DNA from: Nemertoderma westbladi
Taxonomy: Eukaryota; Animalia; Xenacoelomorpha
Assembly: GCA_032718475.1 (NCBI GenBank)
Contig: JAUCBJ010007710.1
Location: 1-54,090 of the forward strand
DNA length: 54,090 nt
Reading direction: 5' to 3'
A program made the translations under genes and the position numbers. This document shows positions 1 through 12,389 of the stretch, piece by piece (within the stretch, counting starts at the first letter, position 1; each line of letters opens with the position of its first letter). Below the pieces are notes generated by a model. The model was not told where the DNA came from and made no database searches. It saw only the letters and a program-made list of their open reading frames with translations.

Positions 1-217
1 AATAATACAGTAGGCTTGACCGCAAATAAATTTAAGCCCACGAATCCAGTCTCCCGGTGTTATAAACGGGTCATTTGGACGCGCATGGACTGGCTTCGGC
101 TAATGTTTTTGGTTTGTTTTTGTATTAAATCTTGTCATCTTATAAAAGGCAGTTTATCAATAAAGACATATAAATTTCGGCAGGTTAAACTGCTGAAGGT
201 CTATAAAAGCGCGTACA
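1..217 (+). mobile_element. 3' end of an LTR related to the BEL/Pao LTRs at 25875 and 42951 (cut by the window edge)
   Basis: The reverse complement of 1-217 aligns by eye with 25875-26095. Shared blocks include gcagtttaacctgcc, aacattagccgaa, gggagactggattcg and cctactgtatta. It ends ...gcgcgtaCA, where the BEL LTR ends ...gcgcgaaCA. Confidence 0.65.
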
Positions 218-238
218 AATTCGAATTTATTACAGGAC

Positions 239-355
239 TCTCAGATTTGTAACCAGAAACTAAGTTTTGTAACCAGAAACTAAGATTTGTAACCAGAAAC
301 TCAGATTTGTGACCAGGCACTCAGATTTGTAACCATAAACTCAAATTCGTAACCG
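239..355. repeat. 20-bp tandem repeat, about 6 copies (tcagatttgtaaccagaaac)
   Basis: Directly visible units with 20-bp period. Confidence 0.9.
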
Positions 356-952
356 CTATCAGTTGACTGTTTATGATAAATAAAAGGTAGGTTCCTTATT
401 GGTCTAAAGTCTCCCTCCACGGTAACCACTATGGCTCCTTCTTGTCTGTTGTGTAAATAATAAGAGTGGATCTGGAATCTAACGAAGTCATCAAGTTTCA
501 GACTCTTTTGGTGTCCATTAATGTACATGTTAGAAGGCACAGTAGACAAGAATAACAATTGCAAAGTGGCAATTCGCTTACTATTGGTACAGTAAACCAG
601 TAACCCTTATCTCTCGTAGGTAATAGCACTTGTCCTGTGTATGTTTTACCATCCTCTAGCATATCATACTTATCCGTTTGCATTCTCCATCTTGGTTAAG
701 GTTAATATTTTTAGCTACCTCGCATGAATCACCATCCTGTATTCTAACGCATGCGGCGTATCGATAAACATCTGTATTATTATAGCTATACTGGAATAGA
801 AGCTTTCTGTTATCAATAGACAGGATCCGGCGTCTCTTAGTAACATGGATGTTATTTTCATGAAATTGTATTTTGTGGCATTGGCAAAGTTCCATATTAT
901 TATTTTTATCGAATGGAACTATATACACATATTTATTTTTATAACTATAGAA
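301..952 (-). pseudogene. 3' half of a multi-cold-shock-domain-like gene (rest of CSD2 and CSD3), two frameshifts
   Basis: ORFs 656-928, 498-683 and 301-564 read FYSYKNKYVYIVP..IQFHENNI..YAACVR and KTYTGQVL..DKGYWFTVP..GHQKSLKLDDFVRFQI..AIVVT. These resemble the CSD pattern G.VKWF...KGYGFI.P..VF.H..GFRSL..G..V.F..A.NVT. Confidence 0.55.
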
Positions 953-1923
953 CTAGTGCCGTGCAAGCACGCGGGATGTAAATCTTAAGAACACTTCTAT
1001 TAATTAATTAATATACGAATATTAAACTTTATAAATCACTTTTTGAGAAGTGGTGCTCCGGTTCCATAGTCGCCATCAATTATATTATGCGGCCGAAAAA
1101 ATGCAAGTCAGAACAAAACTTTTGGTCTCGAGTACCACATTGCTAATATACAGTACTACCATAGTGAATCAATTTCACGAACCATTTAGGGCTTAAATCT
1201 CGTCTGATCGATATATTTTGGAGATACTTCATTAACTTTAAACATTAGGCCTACTCAATTGATAATTCTTGTAGCTGGACAGTGTGTTGCAGCTATGTCT
1301 TAATTAGGAGCCCGCTTGACAGCGGGATACTGTTTTTAGAAGTACTAAAGTGCTAACAAACAGCAGTCCTGCAATGGTAAAGTGCCAACTGTTTTAAAGT
1401 GCTAACCTAAAGTGCTAACACTCCCTGGAAAATATTTGTTATAAGACAAGTTGACTACAATTCTGGGTTCCGATTGGATTATTTCGAAGTGTTAGCACTT
1501 TGACCCCTTTGCAAGCACAAAGTAAAAACGTCAAATAGCAACAAATTTTAACAACTGCCCCCTAGCGACCAGATTCAGAATTATTGAAAAAGGTAAAGTG
1601 CTAACTGTTAGCACTATAGAGTTTCTCCATAAGACATATTCTAAATGTTAGCTCTTTAAGGCTAATTTTGTTGTATAATTATTGCATAGCAGTATAAATT
1701 GATTATTAATCAAGCCGAGATCACAAGAAGTGATTATGAGTTTCTGAAATGAATAATACCGGCCAACAGAAAGCATGAAGTGCTAACATTAGGCCTATTC
1801 AATTCATATATTAAACGTCTGTCTTTGCAACTAGTTCATGGATTTCTTAAAAGCATTCAATAATATGGCACATAATCACAACCATTAATTAATTTATTCT
1901 CATAATTATATCTAAATCCTTAA

Positions 1924-3493
1924 CCCTATTAGTACCGGGCAATAAAATGTTGTACAAATACCGGGAGGGGGTCATATTGACCCCCCCCCCCCCCCCCCCT
2001 TTAAAATCTACAAATATTTACGAAAACGTCTGATTTTTTGTTTGTACGTAGGTATCACTTGTCTGGATCCGACCGAAAAAAAAAAATTTCGAAAAAATGT
2101 ACTGGGGTGGTTATATTGCAGCACCAAAATTACAAGTAGTGCACAATTTTCACCAAATTTGAAAGTTACATTTTCGGCTAATTATTTTTCAATACAGGTT
2201 TTCTGGGGTGTAAAATACATTGGAAAATATTAAAAAATGATATGATTACTATAAATGGCTGTTTAGTCCTCTCTGCGTAGGAAAAAAATGAAAAAAACAA
2301 GTAACCAGCACTTTTCAGTTAGAACACAAAATTTTTAATTCACTTATACGATGCTATAAATTCACATTTTCAGGTATTCGAGGGCGCTGAATCTAATGGA
2401 ATACATTTCTAATATGCTAGATCATTGCTACTTGTATTTTTCGGCGTAATTTGGCAAATTTTGGGGCTAGCACCAAATTTCGTACCCATCACCAAAAAGT
2501 ACAAGTTTGCGATGTCCAGTGCAGTTTTTATTGATTCCATCGGATTCAGGACCCTCATAAACCCGTATATCGCAAGAAACAAGGTGATACTATCTACTTA
2601 TCAATTTGCATATTTTCCAAAATTTGGTGCTGGCACAACAATTTTCACCCACCGGCGAAAAATACAAGTTTGACAACTCTTATGAAATTTTTACTGATTC
2701 CATTGAATTCAGAACCATCACAAACCCGTATAACGCAAGAAACAAGGTGACACAATCAATTGATATATTTGATGGTTTTCAAAATTTGGTGCTAGCACCA
2801 CATTTTGCACCCACATCCGAAAAATACAAGTTTGAGATGTCTAGTTCGATAATTATATTTTCCATTGAATTCAGAACAGCCATAAACCTCTAAAACGCAA
2901 GAAATAAATTCTCACAAGCAATTTTATCTATTGAATGGATTTTCAAAATTTCGTGCTAGCACCAAAATTTGCACACAGCACCGAAAAATACAAGTTTGAT
3001 ACGCTTGGTGCAACTCGTATATATTTCTTCGAATCCAGAAACCCAAAAAACCCCAATTGCGTAAAAAACAAGTTTCAAACGATCAATTTACAAAATTGAC
3101 TTATTTCAAAATTTGGTGCTGGCACCAAAATTTGGCACCCACCGAAAAAAACAAGTTTAAAATTTCTAAATCAATTTATATGAATTCCATCAAATTTCTA
3201 ACACCAAAAAACCCGTGTAAATAAAAAATAGAGATGTTACAATTCATATTTAATGAAATGTAATTTTCAAAAAACGTCTCAAAAAAAGTGCCAAAAGTAG
3301 GGTTAAAAAATGGCGCTATAACTCGAAAAGTACCCAATATTTTTGAAAACGGTTTTCACTACTAGGAAGACAATAGATTTTTAGGAAAAGTCATAAAATT
3401 TCAGATTCCCAACTGCGTTTGTTTCAGAATTATAATAAAAAAACCACGGGAGGGGTCATATTGACCCCCCCCCCCCCCCCGGGTTTAATAGGG
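1924..3493. mobile_element. piggyBac-like non-autonomous DNA transposon (MITE)
   Basis: TTAA at 1920-1923 and 3494-3497. Imperfect TIRs ccctattagtaccggg / cccgggtttaataggg. Subterminal gggtcatattgaccc palindrome at both ends. No transposase. Confidence 0.8.
2340..3260. repeat. About 163-bp tandem repeat (about 5.5 degenerate units) inside the piggyBac-like MITE
   Basis: The blocks aaatttggtgctagcacca and aaaatacaagtttga recur near 2470, 2633, 2794, 2959 and 3122. Confidence 0.8.
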
Positions 3494-3732
3494 TTAATCC
3501 TATTCTGTATGTCAAATTTCTTGCAATCTCAAATTTTATTTTGTACATATACTGCTATAACGTAAATTGCTACAAGTATTTTGAAAATGTGTCACCAATT
3601 TCTTACCCATTATTGCACACTGCTGCTATTCTTGGTCTTTTCGAGGTCAAAATTTTAAACCTCTGTAAATACATACATAAAACCAATAAGCCATGTCCCG
3701 GAATGCAGTGTATTTAATTCAATGACAGGGTA

Positions 3733-4387
3733 TTGTCCGATAACTTTAAAGAAATAAAAGTGTCTGAGTTTGTACCCCCAGATATTCCCGTTGGCGATAT
3801 CTACTTTGCAGAAGTGAAGGCTGCTGCAAAGAGCATTAAGACCAATCGTGCCAGTGGAGTAGATGGTGTTCCCCCTGAGGTCTTTAAAATACCTGAGTGT
3901 TTAAAGCTCATCTATTCCATCATAGGAGACATGTACCAAACAACAAGAGTCCCACAAGAAGTGAAAACAAATAAGTTGGTGCCAGTTCCCAAGAACAGCA
4001 ACCTAACACTCTATGGTTCTTTTCGGGGAATCTCATTGATCTCGATTGCTGCAAAGCTATACAATAGGATTCTATTAAATCGCATCAGGGATCCCATTGA
4101 GAGACTGCTCCGTGGAAATCAAAATGGGTTCCTTAAAGGTCGTGGGACCATGGAGCCCATTTTGGCACTTAGAAGGATAACTGAAGAGTTATCAAAAAAG
4201 AAAGACAGGCATCTGGGTGTTATCTTTGTTGACTTCTTTAAGGCCTTTGATTCAGTCTCTCGCTCACGTATGCTCACTATACTTTCATTATATGGGATTC
4301 CTGATTAAATTATTGCAGCAATCAGATCAGTATAGGCTACGATTGTTCGCCAACATTTGTGTCTACTGATGACGGTGACACAGAACC
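3733..4387 (+). pseudogene. RTE-like LINE reverse transcriptase fragment, truncated at both ends
   Basis: ASGVDG, PVPK..L...FRGISL, NQNGF..GRGT and FVDF.KAFDSV motifs. Near-identical to 5288-5935. Stop codon at 4306-4308. Confidence 0.9.
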
Positions 4388-5287
4388 GCAGAAATGTATG
4401 TTCTATTGTTTAAAAAGGATAACATTTTTTTAGGATTCTCTATTTTATTTTGAAAATGAAAAATATAGAACGTTATAAAATATTTTAATTGAATATATTT
4501 TTGATATGTTTGAGAACATTTTCACAAATGAAATTAGCAAAAACTTGGTAGTATAAAATTTGGTGTGTACACCCCCCCCCCAACCCCAATTCAGTTTCTA
4601 ATCAATTTGTAACGTTCAAATAATGTAATTTAAATTTATTCTGATACATCTTGATTTTCAAATAATCAATAACACTATAAGAAACATTAGAAAACTATGT
4701 TCTGTAATGTTACATAAATTTTAATATAAATATTTTGATTTTATTGACGTTGTTGAAACTAAATAAATATTGATATTTTTGAAACAAATGATTACATATT
4801 TAATATTATAATATATTCAATATCCTTTCACATCCCAAAAAACGAATAATGAGTTAGCATTTTATGATGTGTGGTGTCTTGAAATATTCAACACAAAAAC
4901 ACCTAATCATTATCTTTCAAGATTTACAGATGCCATCACTTCAAACTCCTAACTTTGCTAATATTACTATTGTTATTGGTGTTTTTATTAAGTTAGCACT
5001 TCAGAACAGTTAAGCCCTCTTGCGGGTGGTGCAGAATTGGTGTTGCTAAATGTTGCTAAAGTCTGTTACTGAGTTAGCACATTGGTACTTTCAGAAATCA
5101 CTGGTATGGTGTCACTTTACCAAGGAAATCCCGCGTTAGCACTTACAGACTTATGTGGTGCATGTACTTACTGTAAGAATCTCAGGGATACTTTCTGTAA
5201 AAATCTCAGGATACATTACACTGACTGACTGACTGACATACTGACTGATAATTATCTAGGTTAAGGCACTTCCTGCCTGCCTGGCCT

Positions 5288-6933
5288 GATAACTTTATAG
5301 AAGTAAAAGTGTCTGAGTCTGTACTCCCAGATATTCCCATTGGCGATATCTCTTTTGCAGAAGTGAAGGCTGCTGCAAAGAGCATTAAGACCAATCGTGC
5401 CAGTGGAGTACGTAGATGGTGTTCCCCCTGAGGTCTTTAAAATACCTGAGTGTTTAAAGCTCATCTATCCCATCATAGTAGACATGTACCGAACAACAAG
5501 AGTCCCACAAGAAATTAAAACAAATAAGTTGGTGCCAGTTCCCAAGAAGGGCAACCTAACACTCTATGGTTCTTTTCGGGGAATCTCATTGATCTCGATT
5601 GCTGCAAAGCTATACAATAGGATTCTATTAAATCGCATCAGGGATCCCATTGAGAGACTGCTCCGTGGAAATCAGAATGGGTTCCGTAAAGGTCGTGGGA
5701 CCATGGAGCCCATTTTGGCACTTAGAAGGATAATTGAAGAGTTATCAAAAAAGAAAGACAGGCATCTGGCTGTTATCTTTGTTGACTTCTTCAAGGCCTT
5801 TGATTCAGTCTCTCGCTCACGTATGTTCAGCATACTTTCATTATATGGGATTCCTGATGAAATTATTGCAGCAATCAGATCAGTATACGATGGTTCGACA
5901 ACATTTGTGTCTACTGTTGACGGTGACACAGAACCATTTGAAGTGTTATGGGGCGTCCTCCAAGGAGACACACTTGCACCATTCTTGTTCATTATTGTGG
6001 TTGACTATGGTCTACGCATGTCCTTAGATCATTATAATGATGATGGGGTGATGATAACTCCACCTACTGGCTCCAGAAGTCGAGGAAATCCTGCCAAGTA
6101 CCTAACTGATCTAGACTTTGCTGATGACTTAGGAGTACTCTCAGAATCATTAGAGGGAGCCCAACGGCTCCTCAGCTCATTAGAACATGCTGCTTCTAGT
6201 GTTGGTCTTTTTATTAACTCCAGAAAGACCAAAATTCTGACAGTTAACTTTGAAAGTCCTCAGCAAGTCTCTGATCATATGAGCATAAGCTCAAAGGATG
6301 GTATGCTTGAGCATGTGGACGACTTCTGTTACCTGGGATCATGGATCCGGAAGTCAGGTGAGGACCTTCGAATACGTAAGGGAAAGGCATGGGCAGCCTT
6401 GAATAGGCTTTCTAGGATTTGGAAGTCACCGAGAATTAATCGGAAACTTAAGGTCCGATTATTTAGAGCAGCAGTAGTTCCAGTACTCCTCTACGGGAGT
6501 CCATGCTGGGCTCTAACTGCTGAGGACACCAAATCTCTGGATGGCACATTCACAAGAATGCTACGCCGGGTTCATTGTGTCAAGTACAATGCACACATCT
6601 CCAACCATACACTATATAACATTGGAGGTGTCTCATTGGTTCCCCCAAGCTTGACACTAGAACAAAATCGCCTCCGCTTTGCAGGACATTGCTTTCGCCG
6701 CGAGGACCAGCCAGTGCATAATCTTGTACTTTGGCAGCCTCATGGAGTGAATAAGCATGGTGGACAGCCCATGACTTTCTTGAGACGCATCTTAAAGGAC
6801 ACTGGCCTTAAAGAAGGGATGATCTAGCAAATGTCATGGGTGATAGGGAGTTGTGGCGGTGCAATTTTGTTGATAAGCCGGCACAGCATTCTTAAAAATG
6901 CAGCTGCAATGCAGCATGCCGATCCTAGTAGTA
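5288..6933 (+). mobile_element. 5'-truncated RTE-clade LINE (RT ORF 5397-6827) with short 3' UTR and (GTA)n tail
   Basis: RT motifs KAFDSV, GVLQGDTLAPFLF, DFADD and FCYLGS. RTE-type C-terminus LYGS..W.LT..LDG..RMLR..RLRFAGHC.R. Ends gatcctagtagta. Confidence 0.9.
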
Positions 6934-7814
6934 TTTTGATAAAATTTTGCAAGTACATTGCTTTGGTGGTTCATAATCGCGTTACAAAATTTCAGATCGA
7001 TTCTATGTTTACTCACACATAAGCTGTTGGTTTCTAATGTATTACCCCATAAGCTGATTGCTCTCCCAGTGCTTCCTAAGGGTATATCTACAATAAGGTT
7101 ACTCATTCTGCTATGTTAGGGGGTGGATCAGGAGAATGAATTTTAGTTACACAAAGCAGTGTGTTGTGTCCTATTGCAGTTGTTACTCACTGTGGATTGC
7201 AAAATGTTTTATAGTTGACCTACACTATAATACAGTAGTTGCATGTATTTAAGGAGCCCGCTCTGGCCTACCGCCTAAGGAGTACCTATATTACATATTC
7301 ACATAGAATTCACTGGGAAGAGATATTCCGCTTGACGACGGGGTAATACCTATAGAAGGAAACTAAATTTGTTATTTGGCTCTATTCGTTGTTATTTATC
7401 TGGTTGTGCATCATGGGCATTTTTTATAAATATTCGGTAATCGCATCTTATATCTTGTAAACGTGCGTGATAATGAAATTATTTGCTTCATATTATATTT
7501 TTGTTAGTGGTAGCTAAGTTGCATTTTTTATTATGTGGGGCGAGCCACAAAGTCAGCTAGCCTCACGCCTTGCAGTTTAGACAATTTTAGTTTACTTACT
7601 GCTGACTGACATAGTTCTTTGTAATAGTCTTGGCTAGGATTTTTCCCCCGGGCTCCTTCCAGCCAGCTTGCTGGCTTTCTAGTGATCTGTTGAAACAATA
7701 ACTCTCATCTTCGATGATAGATGATTTTGATTTATACCCATAGATAACGACGTATAATGCTTTTATTAATACATATTTTATTTCCCTTCACATCCACTCT
7801 GGTCCTTTTAATGC

Positions 7815-7925
7815 GCATAAATTTCATCTAAATTTAAATTTAATACGCATATATTTCATCTAAATTTAAATTTAATACGCATATATTTCATCTAAATATA
7901 AATTTAATACGCATATATTTTATCT
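7815..7925. repeat. 32-bp tandem repeat, about 3.4 copies
   Basis: Unit gcatatatttcatctaaatttaaatttaatac is repeated. Confidence 0.85.
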
Positions 7926-8384
7926 CATTCCATATGACATCCAGTCTGTCTCATAATTATTAGAAATGCTCCTTTAATGGAATATTTCTAATCTAATATA
8001 TTTTTAAGACCAACATTAAAATACAGTAATAATTTTAATTCGGTTTATTTTAATGTACTTAATTTATTGACTCACATTTTAAAATACGTATGTTTTTTTT
8101 ATGGGGGAAACCCCATCCATAATACTAAAGTTAATTTGCCAGCACATGTTATCTTTGTTCTAAGTTACAGTATGGTGTATATTTATATTAATAAATAATA
8201 ATAATATTACCGTACATTAGTTATTATTTATAAATATAATGTAGAACTTCGATCTTGACGACTTTCAAACAGGTGTCGGAGCAGTTCCTACTGACGACTA
8301 ACGTAAAAAACTACAAAACAAATAATTATATTGAATAACTTATTATTAATCAATAGCTTATTTAAGGGAGTAAAGTGAATCTTT

Positions 8385-8477
8385 GGGCCAAAACGTCCGA
8401 CAAGCAAATCTTGTATTTCATTCATTGGGCCGAAACTTCCTAGGCCAAAACGTCTTAGACCGAAACGTCTGTTACCC
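8385..8477. repeat. About 15-bp ggccRaaacgtc repeats ending gttacc; probable truncated DNA-transposon terminus
   Basis: Four copies of ggcc(a/g)aaac(g/t)tc. No matching opposite end found. Confidence 0.45.
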
Positions 8478-8941
8478 CCTTGATTGAGAAGGCTAATCAG
8501 CTGTATAAAATATTGAACACACACTAATGCTACCCTATGAATAATTTTAAGTTTGTTAGGGAGTGGAGTTTAAGCAGTAGGGCCTAAGCAAACAGTATGG
8601 GTGTACTAAGTACAATAATCTTGGCAACCTCATCGATTTATACTAAGCCTGTGTAGAAAACCATTACATAAGCCATTTTTCATCATGAACACCAGCTGTT
8701 ATTGGTGTTTATTTTACCATTGCGTCTATGGCACTTTTCGTTTATTTAATTTTTTGCAAAAACCAATGACTGTATTTTTCTGAAAATTGCTTTATACACC
8801 CATTCAGACCATACACTACAGGAGGGTAAAAAACAACACAATTGACCGGATTGTTTCGGAGCCTTTCGTGTGACAAACAGACAGACAAACAAACATGCAG
8901 ACACGATTTTCTTACAGTAAGTAAATCTGAAGATTTACAAA

Positions 8942-9700
8942 TAAACATTGGCCGGTATAAGTTATGGTCTCCTCTATGTTTGGAAGTTTACTATCTGAGC
9001 CGCAATCACTACATCCTGGAACACTAACCCATGTTGTTCTATCTTTTCTAATTTCGCTTTTAAATATTACAGCATCACCCTTCTTCAGAATCTTCAATAG
9101 CCATAAATATGGACTTTTAACTTTATAAAAACTCACAGCTATCTTACCGATATCCGGTTCTATGAACCCATATTGTGTGTCAACATTAAAATAAATACAC
9201 CGACTATGGTATGTTTTGTTCACTTCCAATTTGTCTCTCTGTGGTGGACCCCACTGCCTTAGCGGACCTTCTGTTTGTGTAATAAGATTGTTTTGGTGTG
9301 TTAATGTGAAGGTTTGAAGCTGTCCCTGTTGAATGGTGGTGCTAGGGTATGTTGGCATCAAGAAGGGTTGACTAGGTTCCACTCCTGGTTGCATATAGTG
9401 AGTTGGATGGAGTCCCACTGGTGGCGTATAAGGAGTTTGAAGCTCACCTGGTTCCATGCATACAGTATATGAGTTTGCAAGCCATCCTGGTTGCATGGCG
9501 GGAGATAGAAGCCTTCCTGGTTGCATATAGTTAGTTGGAAGCTCTCCCGGTTGTATAACTGGAGTTGGAAGCCACCCTGGTTGCATAGCGTGAGATAAAG
9601 CCTTCCTGGTTGCATATAGTTAGTTGGAAACTCTCCTGGTTGTATAACTGGAGTTGGAAGCCATCCTGGTTGCATGGCGGGAGGTAGAGAAGCCTTCTCT
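8942..9700 (-). pseudogene. 5' half of a multi-CSD-like gene: QPG decapeptide repeats, CSD1 and start of CSD2
   Basis: 30-bp/10-aa repeats (MQPGWLPTPV IQPGELPTNY) with a 1-bp deletion near 9600. Then TYHSRCIYFNVDTQYGFIEPDIG...LKKGDAVIF (RNP1-like YGFI), then TYTGQCL. Confidence 0.6.
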
Positions 9701-9702
9701 CA

Positions 9703-10030
9703 TGTCTCGTAGTGCGAGCAGAAGTACTGAAGTAAATAACATATATTTGAGTTCAATATAATACCAGCTCCAACCAGCAGTTTTTTTTTAGCGTACGTAT
9801 AATGTTACGGTATAATAGCATCAAATATGTTGCGCTGCAGCCGTGCTGCATAAGTGGTACTCGCATACAGCTGTACTGTGTACAGTGGATCAGTATCCAG
9901 TAGTACTGCAGTAATAAGCAGTCTGGATGTACCGTTAAAGCCGTAAGTATGTATATCCCTATGTATATTCCCTTCACCCATGTTGCCTTATAATACAGTA
10001 TAAAAATTGGGGCGAGCCATGGACACAACA
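9703..10030 (-). mobile_element. 3' LTR of Ty3/Gypsy element 1
   Basis: TG...CA bounded, 328 bp. Preceded on the minus strand by a PPT (gggaaaagggga, 10031-10042). Shares ttggggcgagccat with the LTR at 23147-23450. The left boundary is inferred from the TG only. Confidence 0.6.
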
Positions 10031-11912
10031 TCCCCTTTTCCCATGAGATCTAAAAGAGTTATATGAGTTATAGTCTAGTTTGTTGTTTAAAAGGGCGGTT
10101 TTAAACTTTATATATGACTGTCTCCCCAAATCTGACAGTTGGTGTTCTAATACGTTCGCTCCTGCGCGGTAGTACCGGTACGGAAATACTTTCAGTTTCT
10201 AAACTTTTGGGTTGGATACTATTCGGAGGTGTTTCCACACGTGGCGTCCTCTGGCACATAGTACTGGCGGAGGAAACGGCGGTTGCGCCACCATGTGTGC
10301 CCGGAGGTGAGTTTCACTCGATATTCTCGGTTGGGGCCGACACCTAATACGGTGCCAACGTTGTTCCATATTTGCGTGGGTTTTGAATCCGCACTCGCAT
10401 ACTGGGGTGAAATGGTCGATGATCGTGGGCCGTTTGGTTGTAGTGAACTGTATTAGTTTTACGGAGTTCTTCTGCTCTTTTATCAATCGCGTTGGCTTTC
10501 TCACGCCATTGTAGAGCATAGGTCGTGTAATGGGCGGGCACATGAGTCCGCAGTTGTCGTCCAAATACGACTTCATTTGGAGACCTCCCGCCTGCGTGTG
10601 TAGTGTTCCGGATTTCCATTATGCCGTTCTGGAATTCCTCGGACTTTGTGTCGTTCCGCGTTACTTTCAGGGTGAGAGTTTTTATTAGTTTTACGGCAGA
10701 CTCGGCGTGTCTGTTACTCTGCGGAAAGTGTGGGGTGCTGGGAGACCAGCTTACTCCCCAACGTTTCAGAAACTGTTGGAAGAATGCAGCCGCAAACTGG
10801 GGTCCGCCATCGGTGCGCAGTCTGGTTGGGACCACATGGTCCACAAACCATGGACGCATCGCATAAGCGACATCCCTGGCAGTGGGGTTGCTACGCCGTT
10901 TCGTGTACCAATGGGTATCCCGAGAGGCGGTCAGCGTAGGCAAGGTAGTGTTTCCCGCCAGTCTCGAACAGATCGGTGGAAACAGATTCGAAAGGCCACA
11001 TGGGCGTCTCATCAGTACGCAAAGTTTCCTTCTGGAGGCTCGGTCGAAGCGTCTGGCACGCTTCGCATTCATTGACAGTGAGTTCAATGTCGCGTGATAT
11101 TCCCGGCCAATAAACCGTCTGCCGGGCGCGTTGCTTCGTCCGGGTCATTCCCTGGTGGGATGCATGGAGGCGGTTTAATACGTACGTTGGTGGGCCGGTG
11201 GGACGACAATGCGACCCCAGAAGAGTAAGAGGTCATCCTCGATTGCGAGTTCGTTATTGATGGATTTAAACATCTGGACGTATCGTGATGCATTCCGGAT
11301 GGTTCGGAAGTTATTCTCGATCTCGCGGATGAGTTCGGTATAGTTGGAGTCGCCTCGGGCTGCCTAGCAGAACTCATCCAACACGGGGTCGGTAAGGGAG
11401 GTGGGTTGTACCTCTCCGACGTGAGTTAGAACTGCACAGATAGAGGCTGCAGTTCGGGAGTCCCCGCCGAACTCAGCGTCGTCCGCCATCGGGTCATTGA
11501 CAGTTGAGTGACTTCGGCAATTGGCAATGCGGTGCGACTTTCCTTTTTGCCACTCCAGTTGGAATTGATAATTCGATTTTAAGTTCGCTTTTATCGGCTG
11601 GATTTTCGCGTTGTCGACTTGATCTATCGAATACGAGTTGAATATTGTGATCAGCGGGCGGTGGTCTGTCACCACCGTAAAGGTCGGTAAACCCGATAGA
11701 TAAATCCGGCACTTCTGTATAGCATAACGGATTGCTACCGCTTCCAGTTCTATGGTCGCGTAGCGAGTTTCTGGATCCAAGAGGAACTGGCTACCACAGG
11801 CAATGAGTTTCCCATTAAGTTGTAAAAGGTCGAATCCAAATCCATGGAGGCAACTGGCGTCAGTCTCTAATCGTGTCTCCAGGTTGGGGTTGAATGGAGC
11901 GAGGACCGGTCA
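10031..11912 (-). pseudogene. pol: Ty3/Gypsy pol remnant (RNase H and integrase), frameshifted
   Basis: RH: LETDAS, RYATIELEAVAI, VVTDHRPL. IN: HQG..RTKQRAR..VYWPGI..CEACQ, STDLF, TDGGPQF, PHFPQSN.HAE.AVK. Confidence 0.9.
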
Positions 11913-12389
11913 GACGGCCAAAACGCTCAGAAGAAAATAAAGCCAACAAACCAATAGGAGCGTTGTTTTAATTAATTGCAAGCATTGTGCATAGTATCCC
12001 AGGATACTTAACAATGTGAAATTCTGGAAAACATTGTGAATAATGGAATAGCTGTCATAAATGCGCAAATGTTAACACATGTGTGTGTTTGTTGTCAAAT
12101 GTTACTACTAAAAGTGTATTTTACAGTAGTGTACCGGGATTGTGAAACGCCTTCCATTAGCTGTATATCAATTATCATAGCCCGTGGGATGGATGGTCTT
12201 GTGTGACTTTGCTTAGTTATATTGGTGCCACCCTGGAACCGCAGTGTCAGTAGGGGCCAAGCAACATCAATATTCCATAGTTTGAGGATTCTTAGCCATA
12301 CTGAGGGCTTTGCAGGGGATATAAGAGGCAGTGACACCCGCTGGCCTCCTTGTATGACTCTATATAACTGTAAATCCCCATATATGCAA

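Larger units (their letters stand above)
953..8941 (-). mobile_element. Helitron-like non-autonomous insertion (about 8 kb including nested TEs)
   Basis: The minus-strand 3' end is a cgtgc-tt-gcacg hairpin followed by CTAG at 956-953, then T. The 5' end has tacttactgtaag followed by (tgtc/tgtt)n. Removing 953-8941 rejoins an A|T site and restores the CSD reading frame. No Rep/helicase ORF seen. Confidence 0.5.

Noticed and set aside
2042-2893. Short ORFs with repeated peptides (also 24756-25011)
   Set aside because: Translations of the 163-bp repeat inside the MITE.
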